Part shown: piece after piece, positions 38,257 through 48,214 of the stretch
Numbering within the stretch: the stretch's first letter is position 1
Layout of the letters: the number at the start of each line of letters is the position of its first letter
DNA from: Candidatus Komeilibacteria bacterium
GTDB taxonomy: Bacteria; Patescibacteriota; Patescibacteriia; UBA1558
Length of the DNA: 64,000 nt
Direction of reading: 5' to 3'
NCBI GenBank assembly: GCA_048538275.1
Contig: JBLYPW010000001.1
Span: 365,928-429,927, forward strand
Program-made: the position numbers and the translations under genes
Notes under the pieces: model-generated
What the model saw: only the letters and a program-made list of their open reading frames with translations
What the model was told of the DNA's origin: nothing
Database searches by the model: none

Positions 38257-39078
38257 ATGCGCTTATCTATTCTTATTTTAAATCATAATACGCCCAAACT
38301 GATTAAATATTTGTTAAAAAATATTAATCAGCTAAATTTACAATTCCCTTATGAAATAATCGTGGTAGATAATGGCAAAAAAAATGTTTTGCGTAATGAA
38401 TTGAATACCCAATTAGCTAATATAACCTTATTGGAGGTACCCAATCACGGCTTTGCCGCTGGTAATAATGCTGGTTTGGGTGTTGCCCAGGGTGAATATA
38501 TTTTATTTTTAAATCCTGACATATATATTGAGCCCAATAATATTGAAAAGATGCTAAAGTTTATGGATGAACATCAGCAAGTTGGTTTATTGGGGCCCCA
38601 ATTATTATATCCTTCTGGTCAATATCAAGAGTCATGCTTGGCTTATCCTGATTGGCGTTTACCTTTTTATAGACGTAGTTTTTTGGCCCATAGCCAGGCC
38701 GGAAAAAAATGGTTACGACATTATTTATTACGTGATTATGACCATAAAACAGCACGACCCGTTGATTGGCTATTTGGCGCCAGTTGGTTGGTACGACAAA
38801 AAGCAATCACTGAAGTTGGCAAATTAGATGAAGTTTATTTTATGTACTTTGAGGATCTTGATTGGTGTCGTCGTTTTTGGCAAGTAGGCTGGCAAGTTTG
38901 GTATTTTCCAGAAGCTAAAGTAATTCACTTTCATCATCGTGATTCGGCTGAAAAACAAGGTTGGCATGGTTTATTTACTAAATTGGGACGAGTTCACCTG
39001 GTTAGCTGGTTTAAATATATAAAAAAATGGCATAGCCAACCTATTTTTGGTGCTAATAATGAAAACCCCAAGCTTTAA
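38257..39078 (+). CDS. Glycosyltransferase family 2 (WbbL-like)
   Basis: VVDN, GFAAGNN, LNPD, VDWLFGA, YFEDLDWCRR. Confidence 0.9.
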   Translation: MRLSILILNHNTPKLIKYLLKNINQLNLQFPYEIIVVDNGKKNVLRNELNTQLANITLLEVPNHGFAAGNNAGLGVAQGEYILFLNPDIYIEPNNIEKMLKFMDEHQQVGLLGPQLLYPSGQYQESCLAYPDWRLPFYRRSFLAHSQAGKKWLRHYLLRDYDHKTARPVDWLFGASWLVRQKAITEVGKLDEVYFMYFEDLDWCRRFWQVGWQVWYFPEAKVIHFHHRDSAEKQGWHGLFTKLGRVHLVSWFKYIKKWHSQPIFGANNENPKL

Positions 39079-39089
39079 CCTGGGGTTTT
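39062..39089. terminator. Bidirectional hairpin terminator between convergent genes
   Basis: AAAACCCCA...TGGGGTTTT. Confidence 0.6.
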
Positions 39090-39099
39090 GCCTCTTTCC

Positions 39100-39540
39100 T
39101 TAAGGCGCGAGAGAAAAGTCTGCTAGAGTCTGATTAGGATTTATTCTAATGAGACAATAACAAGGATCGCCTGGACCTACTAATTCCAGTTTGATAAATA
39201 CTGGTTGATCTGGCGGTGACGGTTGAGTGCAGATAAATTTTCCTCGCAGTTGCCAACGATTGTGAAGAAAAAAATTGAACAGGCCGGCTGTTTTTAAACT
39301 CTGCCAGTCAATCATGTCCTCCGGTATTTTGGGGCAGATTATGTCGGCTCTGATTTTTTTTAAAATTTCTGCTTCATCAGTAGCGATGAAAATAAAATTT
39401 TGATAATAAAGCAGGTCAACAGGAGTTTTTTCTGCCCGCAAATGTCCGGGCGTTCCGGCCAAAAGATAATGACCCCAATTTTGATCAATAATCGGGTAAA
39501 TCGGATTTTTATCAGTACCGGTTGAATTTTTAAAAGTCAT
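39100..39540 (-). CDS. Hypothetical protein
   Basis: 146-aa ORF with a strong AGGAGG RBS and TTGACT-N17-TAACAT promoter upstream; no recognisable motif. Confidence 0.6.
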   Translation of the reverse strand: MTFKNSTGTDKNPIYPIIDQNWGHYLLAGTPGHLRAEKTPVDLLYYQNFIFIATDEAEILKKIRADIICPKIPEDMIDWQSLKTAGLFNFFLHNRWQLRGKFICTQPSPPDQPVFIKLELVGPGDPCYCLIRINPNQTLADFSLAP

Positions 39541-39634
39541 AACGACCTCCTAATATATGTTGTGACGAACGGACTCTAATTTAATGTTAAGCCTGAATGA
39601 TTTATTTAGTCAAGGATATACATCTCAAGGAGTC

Positions 39635-39663
39635 TTGAAAGAGAGCTAAAAAACCATTATAAT
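39635..39663 (+). promoter_or_regulatory. Sigma70 promoter for lysS-serS
   Basis: TTGAAA-N17-TATAAT. Confidence 0.55.
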
Positions 39664-39689
39664 AACAAAGTCTAATATTAAAATATTTT

Positions 39690-41201
39690 ATGACAAAAAA
39701 AGCTGAATTAGAAGAGTTGAATCCATCGGATGAGTATCAAGTCCGCCTACAAAAATTAGCCGCTTGGCAAGAGGCGGGGATAAATCCTTATCCTGCCTCC
39801 AGTCCCCACCATCAGGCTATTGGTGAATTGCGTTCTAATTTTGAAAAACTGGAAAAAGATGGCGAGACGGTGGCGCTCGCTGGCCGTTTACGCAGCATTA
39901 GATTGCATGGTGGTTCATGTTTTGTAAATATAGAAGACGCTAGCGGTAGTTTACAAGTTTATTTAAAAAAAGACGAAGTGGGCAAAGACCCCTATACCTT
40001 ATTTGCCGACAATGCTGATGTGGGTGATTTTGTTTATTTTAAAGGTACATTGTTTGTTACTAAAAAAGGCGAACAAACATTATTGGTGCAAAAATATCAG
40101 CTATTAAGTAAATCATTATTACCTCTACCGGAAAAATGGCATGGTTTAAAGGATATTGAGCTACGTTTTCGGCAGCGTTATTTGGATCTGATTGCTTCTG
40201 AGAAAACACGTGATATATTTAGATTACGTTCTAAAGTTACTCAATATATTCGTGACTATATGATACAAGACGGCTTTATGGAAGTGGAGACGCCTATTTT
40301 ACAGCCATTGGCCGGTGGTGCTATTGCTAAGCCTTTTGTCACACATCATAATGCTTTAGATTTTGATTTATATTTGCGCATTGCGCCTGAATTGTATTTG
40401 AAAAAATTGATTATTGGCGGTTTTGACAAGGTTTTTGAAATTGCGCGTTGTTTTCGTAATGAGGGCATTGACCATGAACATAGTCCAGAATTTACCCAAA
40501 TTGAGTTTTATTGGGCTTATCAGGATTATGAAGGATTAATGACTTGGTTTGAGCAATTTTTAAGCTCTATAGTTAAAGAAATAAAAGGTGATTATAAGCT
40601 AGAATATGATGGCAAGACTTATGATTTTCAGACCCCTTGGCCACGTTTGGATTTTTATAAAGAAATTAAACAACGCACTGGTCTGGATATAGATCAATAT
40701 CCCACCGCTTTCTCTTTGCGAGAACCAGTAGCAAAGCTTGGTATTAAAGTGGAAGCAGAGTGGGGGAGAGGTAAAATTCTAGATGAGCTCTATAAGAAAT
40801 TCGTACGCGCACAAGAAAATGGACCTTTTTATATCATCAATCATCCCTTAGATTTATCACCATTGGCAAAGAAAATAGCAGAGCGGCCAGAATATGTTGA
40901 ACGCTTTCAAGCGGTGGTGGCTGGTTTTGAAATCGCCAACGCTTTTTCTGAGTTAAATGATCCGGCTGATCAACATCAACGTTTTGTAGACCAACAAAAA
41001 CTAAAAGAATCTGGTGATGACGAGGCGACCGACTACGATAGCGAATTTGTGGAAGCCTTAAAATATGGCATGCCACCGACGGCCGGATTGGGCATGGGCA
41101 TTGATAGAATTATGCAATTATTGACTGATAGTCATAATATTAAGGAGGTTATCTTATTCCCAACTTTGAAACCAAAAAGTGACAATAGTGAAACCAATTA
41201 A
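39690..41201 (+). CDS. lysS: Lysine--tRNA ligase (class II)
   Basis: LPEKWHGL, RFRQRYLDL, YLRIAPELYLK, FRNEG, YGMPPTAGLGMGIDR. Confidence 0.97.
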   Translation: MTKKAELEELNPSDEYQVRLQKLAAWQEAGINPYPASSPHHQAIGELRSNFEKLEKDGETVALAGRLRSIRLHGGSCFVNIEDASGSLQVYLKKDEVGKDPYTLFADNADVGDFVYFKGTLFVTKKGEQTLLVQKYQLLSKSLLPLPEKWHGLKDIELRFRQRYLDLIASEKTRDIFRLRSKVTQYIRDYMIQDGFMEVETPILQPLAGGAIAKPFVTHHNALDFDLYLRIAPELYLKKLIIGGFDKVFEIARCFRNEGIDHEHSPEFTQIEFYWAYQDYEGLMTWFEQFLSSIVKEIKGDYKLEYDGKTYDFQTPWPRLDFYKEIKQRTGLDIDQYPTAFSLREPVAKLGIKVEAEWGRGKILDELYKKFVRAQENGPFYIINHPLDLSPLAKKIAERPEYVERFQAVVAGFEIANAFSELNDPADQHQRFVDQQKLKESGDDEATDYDSEFVEALKYGMPPTAGLGMGIDRIMQLLTDSHNIKEVILFPTLKPKSDNSETN

Positions 41202-41213
41202 TCACATATAAGC

Positions 41214-42458
41214 ATGTTAGATATAAATAAAATTAGAGATAATATTGATGATATAAAAGCAAATTTGGCTAAACGTGCGGACGTTAGTAAATTTGACTTT
41301 GCTGCTATTGTCGCATTAGATGATAAACGCAAAAGTATTATCGGCGAAGTTGATACCCTCAAAGCTGAGCAAAATAAAATAGCCAAAGGCGGTAAGCCCA
41401 GTGCAGAACAAATTGAAGCGGGAAAAAAATTACGCGATCAGGTTAAACAGCTGGATGAAAAATTGGCAACTGTAAAAATGTCTTTGGCGGAAAAATTGGG
41501 TGAATTACCTAATATAACAGCCGATGATGTCGTAGCCGGGGGTAAGGAGAATAATAAAATAATTGGTAGTTTTGGTGAGCAGCCAAAATTTGATTTTACT
41601 CCTCAGGATCATGTAGCATTAGCCACTAAACATTCTTTGATTGATTATGAACGAGCCGCCAAGATGTCGGGAGCTGGTTTTTGGGCCTATACCGGTAAGG
41701 GCGCAGAGTTGGAGTGGGCTTTATTGAATTATTTTATAAACTTCCATCGTCAAAATAATTATAAGTTTTTATTATTACCATATTTGCTTACCGCCAAATC
41801 TGCTTATACTTCTGGACATTTACCAAAATTTAGGGAAGATTTATTTTGGACAGAAGATAAATTGTGTTTAAACGCTACTGCAGAAATGATGCTGGGTAAT
41901 TTTCACCGTGACGAAATATTGGCAAATAAAGATTTACCTTTGAAATATTATGCTTATTCTACATGTTTTAGGCGAGAAGCGGGCGCTTATCGCACGGAGG
42001 AAAGAGGTATGATACGCGGTCATCAATTTAATAAAATAGAAATGTTTCAGTTAACAACTCCCGATGATTCTTGGCAAGCTTTTAATGAATTAGTAAACCA
42101 TGCAGAAGAATTGGTTCGCGGGTTGGGATTGCATTTTAATACTGTGCAACTGGCGGCCGGGGACTGTAGCGCAGCTATGGCCAAGACTATTGATATTGAG
42201 GTTTATATCCCCAGCATGAAAGGCTATAAGGAGGTGAGTAGCATTTCTAATGCTTTGGATTATCAAGCACGCCGCGGCAATATTCGCTATAAAAATAAAA
42301 CGACTGGTAAAAATGAATTCGTTCACACCTTAAATGCTTCTGGTTTAGCCACTAGCCGATTATTACCGGCAATATTAGAACAAAATCAACAAGCCGACGG
42401 TAGTATTGTGGTGCCAGATGTGTTATTGCCATATTGTAACTTTGATATAATAAAATAA
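41214..42458 (+). CDS. serS: Serine--tRNA ligase
   Basis: MLDI coiled coil, TAE, CFRREAG, RGHQFNKIE, VHTLNASG. Confidence 0.96.
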   Translation: MLDINKIRDNIDDIKANLAKRADVSKFDFAAIVALDDKRKSIIGEVDTLKAEQNKIAKGGKPSAEQIEAGKKLRDQVKQLDEKLATVKMSLAEKLGELPNITADDVVAGGKENNKIIGSFGEQPKFDFTPQDHVALATKHSLIDYERAAKMSGAGFWAYTGKGAELEWALLNYFINFHRQNNYKFLLLPYLLTAKSAYTSGHLPKFREDLFWTEDKLCLNATAEMMLGNFHRDEILANKDLPLKYYAYSTCFRREAGAYRTEERGMIRGHQFNKIEMFQLTTPDDSWQAFNELVNHAEELVRGLGLHFNTVQLAAGDCSAAMAKTIDIEVYIPSMKGYKEVSSISNALDYQARRGNIRYKNKTTGKNEFVHTLNASGLATSRLLPAILEQNQQADGSIVVPDVLLPYCNFDIIK

Positions 42459-42462
42459 TCTT

Positions 42463-43342
42463 TGCGTCGTAAAATATTATAAAAAGATGAATTCTCGTCT
42501 CAAAAGGGGACAGTCTGTGCGTCAGCCTGCCCAAGTAGATAAGGCAATGATTAGAGCCAAGGTTAAAAAATATGCTTTGGTTGTTTTATTAATTACGATA
42601 ATTTATATTCTTGGCTTCAGTTCATATTATGAAATTAAATATATTCAAATTGTAGGCAATGAAGCTATCAACACCAGTGAAATAGAGGAATTGATATGGC
42701 AAAGATTGGATAGTAAAGTTGGCTTATTTTTTCCTAGAAATAATTTTTGGTTATTATCCACTAAATATTTACTTAAGCACATTAAGCAACACTATACCTT
42801 TGAAGAGATAACGATTGATAAAAAATATCCTGACACTATAAGTTTGAGATTGCAAGAAAAACAGGGCAAACTGGTTTGGCAGAGCACGGACAAATATTAT
42901 GTTTTAGACGCTTATGGAGTGGTAACTAGACAATTGCAGACAAATTATTCACCGGAAGAAAGTCATGTGCCACTAGTGGTGGACCTGTCCGCTGAGGCGG
43001 TAGATATCGGGAAAATTAAATTGAATCCTAGCATCATCACTACAATGATAGAAGCTAGTACTATATATGATACTATTATTAGTATGCCAATTTTGGCTTT
43101 TGACCATTTAGCCATCAATAACACTACATCAGATTGGTTTAAAATTGTTACCAGCAGTGGCATTGAGATTCATCTAAATGATCAAACAAGCGCTGCTGCC
43201 CAGCTAGACAAATTAGCCAAGGTTTTGGCAGCTGATAAAATAGATCTCACTAATATTGGCTATATCAATTTACGAATTGCCGATCAAGTAATTTATAAAT
43301 AATAGTAGTATACAATTACTACCTATATTATTTTACGACGCA
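42463..43342. repeat. 19-bp inverted repeat pair flanking the ftsQ-like gene
   Basis: TGCGTCGTAAAATATTATA (42463-42481) vs TATATTATTTTACGACGCA (43324-43342); 18/19 reverse-complement match. Confidence 0.85.
42487..43302 (+). CDS. FtsQ/DivIB-like POTRA-domain protein
   Basis: Single TM, IKYIQIVGN POTRA start, KKYPDTI, C-terminal YINLR. Confidence 0.75.
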   Translation: MNSRLKRGQSVRQPAQVDKAMIRAKVKKYALVVLLITIIYILGFSSYYEIKYIQIVGNEAINTSEIEELIWQRLDSKVGLFFPRNNFWLLSTKYLLKHIKQHYTFEEITIDKKYPDTISLRLQEKQGKLVWQSTDKYYVLDAYGVVTRQLQTNYSPEESHVPLVVDLSAEAVDIGKIKLNPSIITTMIEASTIYDTIISMPILAFDHLAINNTTSDWFKIVTSSGIEIHLNDQTSAAAQLDKLAKVLAADKIDLTNIGYINLRIADQVIYK

Positions 43343-43721
43343 TTGAATAATGATAAATCTAAAGCGGCGGAGTATTGTCGTTTTTTTTTATTATAAACAA
43401 AATATTATAGTTTTATGATCTCTTAATAATATATTGAATATTTATTATATTTTTTTTCCTAAATTATTGGCTGACTATTTAGAATGTCAACATATTTTAC
43501 ATTTATAGGTATGTAGATAGCAGGCACCTTAAATAATAAATACCAATCTAAAAGCATAAGAGCAAAAAAACATGCACAATGCCTATGCTATGAAAATTAG
43601 ATCAGGAATAATAAGATGGTAGCTTAGGAGAAGAAAATAAAAAAATCCTTATCGGGAATCTTTCTTTATAAGAGTGTTATATTATCAATAATAAGCTATC
43701 TTCGCTATTTTGTTATATATA

Positions 43722-43749
43722 GTGTCGTATAAGATATATTGTGCGACAC
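43722..43749. other. Putative dif (Xer recombination) site
   Basis: GTGTCGTATAA-GATATA-TTGTGCGACAC: 11-6-11 architecture, arms 9/11 palindromic, core like the dif ATAA-N6-TTAT; located where gene-strand bias breaks. Confidence 0.6.
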
Positions 43750-43777
43750 ATAGTATATTATTAAACTCTACTCTTCT

Positions 43778-44668
43778 TTAGCCTTTTTCAGCTAAATATG
43801 ACTGTAATTTATCTTTGACTATTTTATACTTTCCTCTAAAGCCATGATCAGCGTGCGCAATTATATCCATTTTATAATCATTAGAGCATTGCTGCTTATT
43901 AAACCAACTAGCAATTTTTTTAATTGGGATACTGCGGTGTTCGTCCTGCCCTGCCAATATAATGTACAAGGGCAATTTTAAGGATTGATAAATTGTGGGC
44001 GTGTGCTGCGCTTGACTATAAGTAAATATTTCCTCATCACTGAAGGGCGTGTATAGGCTTAGCCATCGCTGGGCGGATGATATGTAGGGCGTATATTTTT
44101 TTGGTAACAGATCCTCTCCCCTACCATCACGGATCATTTTTTTTGCCATTTTTGTTATTATTTGTAATGTTTTATTGTCTAGATGCTTGTGCAAGGCCGC
44201 ATAATCACTCATGGGGCATAACAAAATAGCTGATTTAATTTTTGCTTGCTTATTACCCTGGGCTAGATAATACGCTATTTTTTGACAACCAGTAGAATGT
44301 CCAATTAAAACTATATTTTGAATACCTTGTCGTCGTACAAAATTGATCGCAGCAGCAATATCATAAACACAGTCTGTAAAATGTTCCATAGCGCTACCAC
44401 CTAATTTTAGCGGTTCTTTCTTCCTATTTTTATATTTTGTGGGACGTCTCACCTTACTTATTAGGTCATGGCCACGATTATTAAATAAAAGTACAGCTGT
44501 TTTATTATTTGCTAAAGGAGCAATAATATTTTGATCAAAGTCATTGATAATACTACTGCCCAGACCATGTACAAAAATAATGGCTTGTTTGGCACTAGCC
44601 TTGGTATACCACAAACCATTAAGCTGATATTTGTCCGGAGTATTAAAAATTATTGGTTGAGGATTCAT
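43778..44668 (-). CDS. Alpha/beta hydrolase (DUF1749-like)
   Basis: FVHGLG, nucleophile elbow GHSTGCQ, C-terminal ADHGF. Confidence 0.85.
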   Translation of the reverse strand: MNPQPIIFNTPDKYQLNGLWYTKASAKQAIIFVHGLGSSIINDFDQNIIAPLANNKTAVLLFNNRGHDLISKVRRPTKYKNRKKEPLKLGGSAMEHFTDCVYDIAAAINFVRRQGIQNIVLIGHSTGCQKIAYYLAQGNKQAKIKSAILLCPMSDYAALHKHLDNKTLQIITKMAKKMIRDGRGEDLLPKKYTPYISSAQRWLSLYTPFSDEEIFTYSQAQHTPTIYQSLKLPLYIILAGQDEHRSIPIKKIASWFNKQQCSNDYKMDIIAHADHGFRGKYKIVKDKLQSYLAEKG

Positions 44669-44702
44669 AATAAAGGAGTTTTATCATAATTATGTTTTTT
44701 AT

Positions 44703-45923
44703 TTACGGTAAATAATTCAATGGGTTTACGGGTATACCATTTTTTCTTATTTCCAAATGCAGATGCGGGCCGGTGGTTAAATTGCCAGAACCTGGAGTAC
44801 CGGGCATACCCCCTGAATAGCCTATAATTTCGCCCTGTACCACAAAAGTATCCTCTTGAGCTACCATGCGACTCAAATGTCCATAAACCGATGATATCCC
44901 TTCATTATGAACCAACATAATATAATTATAGCCACCACTATTGCCGGTATCCCTTACTTTGGCAACATAACCTGACTTTACAGCGCGTACTGGTGTCCCC
45001 TGCGGCGTTGAACCAATATCTATGGCTGGATGTTCATATACATAACGATAAGGATAGTCAGGATCGTGGAAATAAGCCGTTATCTTACGCGACGGAATAG
45101 GCCAAATAAAACCTTGCTCAGAAGCCAAAAATTGATCACCATTTAACTCATACATTCTTTTTCTGGCTTCAATCTCCAGAGAATAAATCTCATTGTTGAT
45201 TTGATTTTGCTCAGCCTTCAATTGATTTAAGAGGCTCTGATAACGATTTTCTTGTCCCTTTGTTTGATCAAGTAAATTATTCTTTACACTTTTTTCCGCT
45301 CCTAATTTTTCTTGATTGGCGGCTAATTTAATATTCAATTCGTCTAACTGTTCACTTTTCTGTTGCAGAAGGTTTTGTTGGCGCTCCATTTCGGCCTTTT
45401 GATCGGCCAAGCTAAGCAACTGATCTTTTAATTTATTATTTATTTGATTGAGTTGATTGATAGCGGCAAAAAAATCACCGATATTTTTATTACTCATGAC
45501 AATTTGTAAAAAATTGCTATGACTACCATTACGGTTTAATTGTCTAATAATGTCTGTAATATTCTGTTTATAACCGCCCATATTAGCATCAATTTTCTCA
45601 ATCGTATAATCAATATTTTTCATCTGCAAATCTATTTGCTCCTTCTCCAGTTGTATGGTTTGTATTTCTATGGCCAATTTAGCCACTACTTGGTCAATAT
45701 TGTTTAATTGTCCTTGTAAGGTAGTTATTTGTTGTCGCGTTTGTTGTAAAGATTGTTCATATACTTGTGATTGTTTCTTTAAAGCATCTATTTGTGATTG
45801 TTTGTTTTTTATCTCAGATTGCAAATCATCCAATTGTTCATTGGTAATACTCGCATTAAGAGCTCCGGCTAGTTGCGGCCAAAGCATAGTCAAAATAAAT
45901 AAGCCAATCAATAGCTTATTCAT
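44703..45923 (-). CDS. Coiled-coil M23 peptidase (EnvC/murein hydrolase-like)
   Basis: Signal peptide, long coiled coil, HPAID, YGHL, TGPHLHLE. Confidence 0.88.
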   Translation of the reverse strand: MNKLLIGLFILTMLWPQLAGALNASITNEQLDDLQSEIKNKQSQIDALKKQSQVYEQSLQQTRQQITTLQGQLNNIDQVVAKLAIEIQTIQLEKEQIDLQMKNIDYTIEKIDANMGGYKQNITDIIRQLNRNGSHSNFLQIVMSNKNIGDFFAAINQLNQINNKLKDQLLSLADQKAEMERQQNLLQQKSEQLDELNIKLAANQEKLGAEKSVKNNLLDQTKGQENRYQSLLNQLKAEQNQINNEIYSLEIEARKRMYELNGDQFLASEQGFIWPIPSRKITAYFHDPDYPYRYVYEHPAIDIGSTPQGTPVRAVKSGYVAKVRDTGNSGGYNYIMLVHNEGISSVYGHLSRMVAQEDTFVVQGEIIGYSGGMPGTPGSGNLTTGPHLHLEIRKNGIPVNPLNYLP

Positions 45924-45982
45924 TATCCCCCTTTGCTTATATAGTCTGATTATCTTAAGCATAATTATATTATAACATATAA

Positions 45983-47476
45983 TTAAGTTTTTTTCAATAA
46001 GTTAATAGCATTACTTAACCTAAACAAGGCTTTTTCCTTGCCTAGCACAAAAAGTAAATCTATCGGACTTTCACTTTTGTTCAGACCAGATAAGGCCACT
46101 CGTAGGGGCCAAAAAACATCTCCATTGGTAAGCTTATTTTCATTTACCACTTCATTTAAAATTATTTGTAAATGCTCCGGCTGCCAATTTATATCCGCGC
46201 TTGATTCTAGTTTATTTTTCACGGCCAATAAGCCTTGCAAACTAGACTGCCGATTACTTTTCTTAAAAATAAGCAAATCGGAATCATATTTCAACTCATC
46301 ATCAAACCAATGATGAAAAATTTCTGGTAACTGAGCTATATATTCTAGCCTGGTCTGTGATATTTCGGCCATCGCCAAAGAGAAAGTTGCTTGCCATTCT
46401 GGTTTATATTTGCTTAACCATTTTTTTACTTCTTTTTGCCAATCCTTTATTGAAAGAGATTGGATATATTGTTGATTAAACCAATTAAGCTTATCCAAAT
46501 CAAATACTGCGCCGGCTTTATTAATCTGTGCTAAAGAAAAATGATCTAGTAGCTGTTGATAGGAAAAAATCTCTTGATCAGTGCCTGGATTCCAGCCCAA
46601 TAAAACAATAAAATTTAGCAGCGCCGAAGGTAAATAGCCCTTTTGTAAATAATCTTGTGCCGCCACATCTCCAGTACGCTTGCTAAGTTTGGAACGATCT
46701 TTATTTAATAATAAGGGCAGATGCACGAAGGTCGGCAATGGCCAACCCAAGGCTTGGTATAACAAAATATGTTTAGGTGTGCTGGGCAACCATTCCTCTC
46801 CCCTGATAACATGCGTAACTCCCATTTCATGATCATCCACCACAACTGCCAAATGATAAGTTGGATAACCATCACTTTTCAAAATAATTTGGTCATCTAT
46901 TTGTTGGCTATTGATCACTATATCCCCTCTCACCTCATCATGAAAAGATATATTTTGATTATGAGGCGTGCGGAATCGTATAACGTAGGGCTTTTTTAAT
47001 TGTAAATATTGTTTTATTCTATTGTTTGGTAAATCTCTACAATAACCATCATAACCGGGAGGTTGTTTGGCTGCCACCTGTTTTTCTCGCAATTTTTCTA
47101 GGCGTTCGCTGGAACAAAAACAGCGATAGGCTTGCCCACTGTCTAAAAGCTGGTCAATATATTTATGATAAATATCTAGCCTTTCTGACTGTTTGTAGGG
47201 AGCGTGCTTACCACGAGAAATAATTTTGTCACCCGACCACACCAGTCCTTCATCCGCAATAATACCAAAATCATCCAAGGTTTTAACCAGGTCATTAGCA
47301 GCTCCTGCAACCAGCCTATTTCTATCCGTATCTTCTAAACGCAAAATAAATTTTCCTTTATTTTGTTTGGCAAATAAATAGCTATAAAAGGCCGTCCTTA
47401 AACCACCAATATGTAGCCAGCCAGTTGGTGACGGAGCAAAACGAGTAACTACTTTTCTTTTGAAGAAATTAAACAT
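45983..47476 (-). CDS. gltX: Glutamate--tRNA ligase
   Basis: RFAPSPTGWLHIGG, RLEDTD, VIRGEEW, KLSKR. Confidence 0.97.
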   Translation of the reverse strand: MFNFFKRKVVTRFAPSPTGWLHIGGLRTAFYSYLFAKQNKGKFILRLEDTDRNRLVAGAANDLVKTLDDFGIIADEGLVWSGDKIISRGKHAPYKQSERLDIYHKYIDQLLDSGQAYRCFCSSERLEKLREKQVAAKQPPGYDGYCRDLPNNRIKQYLQLKKPYVIRFRTPHNQNISFHDEVRGDIVINSQQIDDQIILKSDGYPTYHLAVVVDDHEMGVTHVIRGEEWLPSTPKHILLYQALGWPLPTFVHLPLLLNKDRSKLSKRTGDVAAQDYLQKGYLPSALLNFIVLLGWNPGTDQEIFSYQQLLDHFSLAQINKAGAVFDLDKLNWFNQQYIQSLSIKDWQKEVKKWLSKYKPEWQATFSLAMAEISQTRLEYIAQLPEIFHHWFDDELKYDSDLLIFKKSNRQSSLQGLLAVKNKLESSADINWQPEHLQIILNEVVNENKLTNGDVFWPLRVALSGLNKSESPIDLLFVLGKEKALFRLSNAINLLKKT

Positions 47477-48209
47477 CTTTTTGTTGATTTGCTAGTAACC
47501 AAAATTTTACAATCGCTTTATATATTCTCGGTAACCGCCATGGTTGCAATATCAGACGCCACATCCATTCTAAACCGATGATTCTCATTATTTTCGGGGC
47601 TCTTTTAACATTAGTCCAAAAATCAAGAGCGCCTCCTATGCCCATTGCTATTTGTATATTTTGGAAACGAGGTAAATATTCTTTTATGAATAATTGAGCA
47701 AAAGGCGCATTATACGCAACTAATAATATTTTAGCGCCTGATTTATCAATTTTATCAATAATTTTATTATATTCCAATAAAGTGGGTTGATGAATGTCAT
47801 TAAAACCCGAGTCGGTGCCGACTATATTTGCGTCCGGATATTGGGCTTTGATTTTTTTAGCCGCACTATAAGCTACTCCTTCCCTACCGCCCAATAAAAA
47901 AATGGGTTGGCTAGCTATTTTATGATTTGCGAAAATAGCATTGGTAAGATCGCTACCCGGCGCTCGCTTTAATTTTTTTTTCAAAATCAAACGCGCAAAT
48001 AAAATAAGGCCGAAGCCATCAGCAGTTCTAATCTCAGCCTCATTTACAACATTTTGAAAATCAATATTTTTTGAAGCCAGGACTATAAATTCTGGGTTGA
48101 TAGTCACAATATGCAAAGTTTGATCATTGGCCAGAGCATAATTTATCTTCTCCAATGCCTCTTTGATGGATATATTATCAATGATAGTCCCGGCAATTTT
48201 AACAAACAT
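47469..48209 (-). CDS. WecB/TagA/CpsF family glycosyltransferase
   Basis: TINPE, ADGFG, GSDL, GIGGALD, RAP...GLEWMWRLILQPWR. Confidence 0.9.
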   Translation of the reverse strand: MFVKIAGTIIDNISIKEALEKINYALANDQTLHIVTINPEFIVLASKNIDFQNVVNEAEIRTADGFGLILFARLILKKKLKRAPGSDLTNAIFANHKIASQPIFLLGGREGVAYSAAKKIKAQYPDANIVGTDSGFNDIHQPTLLEYNKIIDKIDKSGAKILLVAYNAPFAQLFIKEYLPRFQNIQIAMGIGGALDFWTNVKRAPKIMRIIGLEWMWRLILQPWRLPRIYKAIVKFWLLANQQKDV

Positions 48210-48214
48210 TTTTT

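Noticed and set aside
43303-43720. Hidden gene or ncRNA in the AT-rich gap
   Set aside because: Only very short ORFs and no convincing nested helices seen
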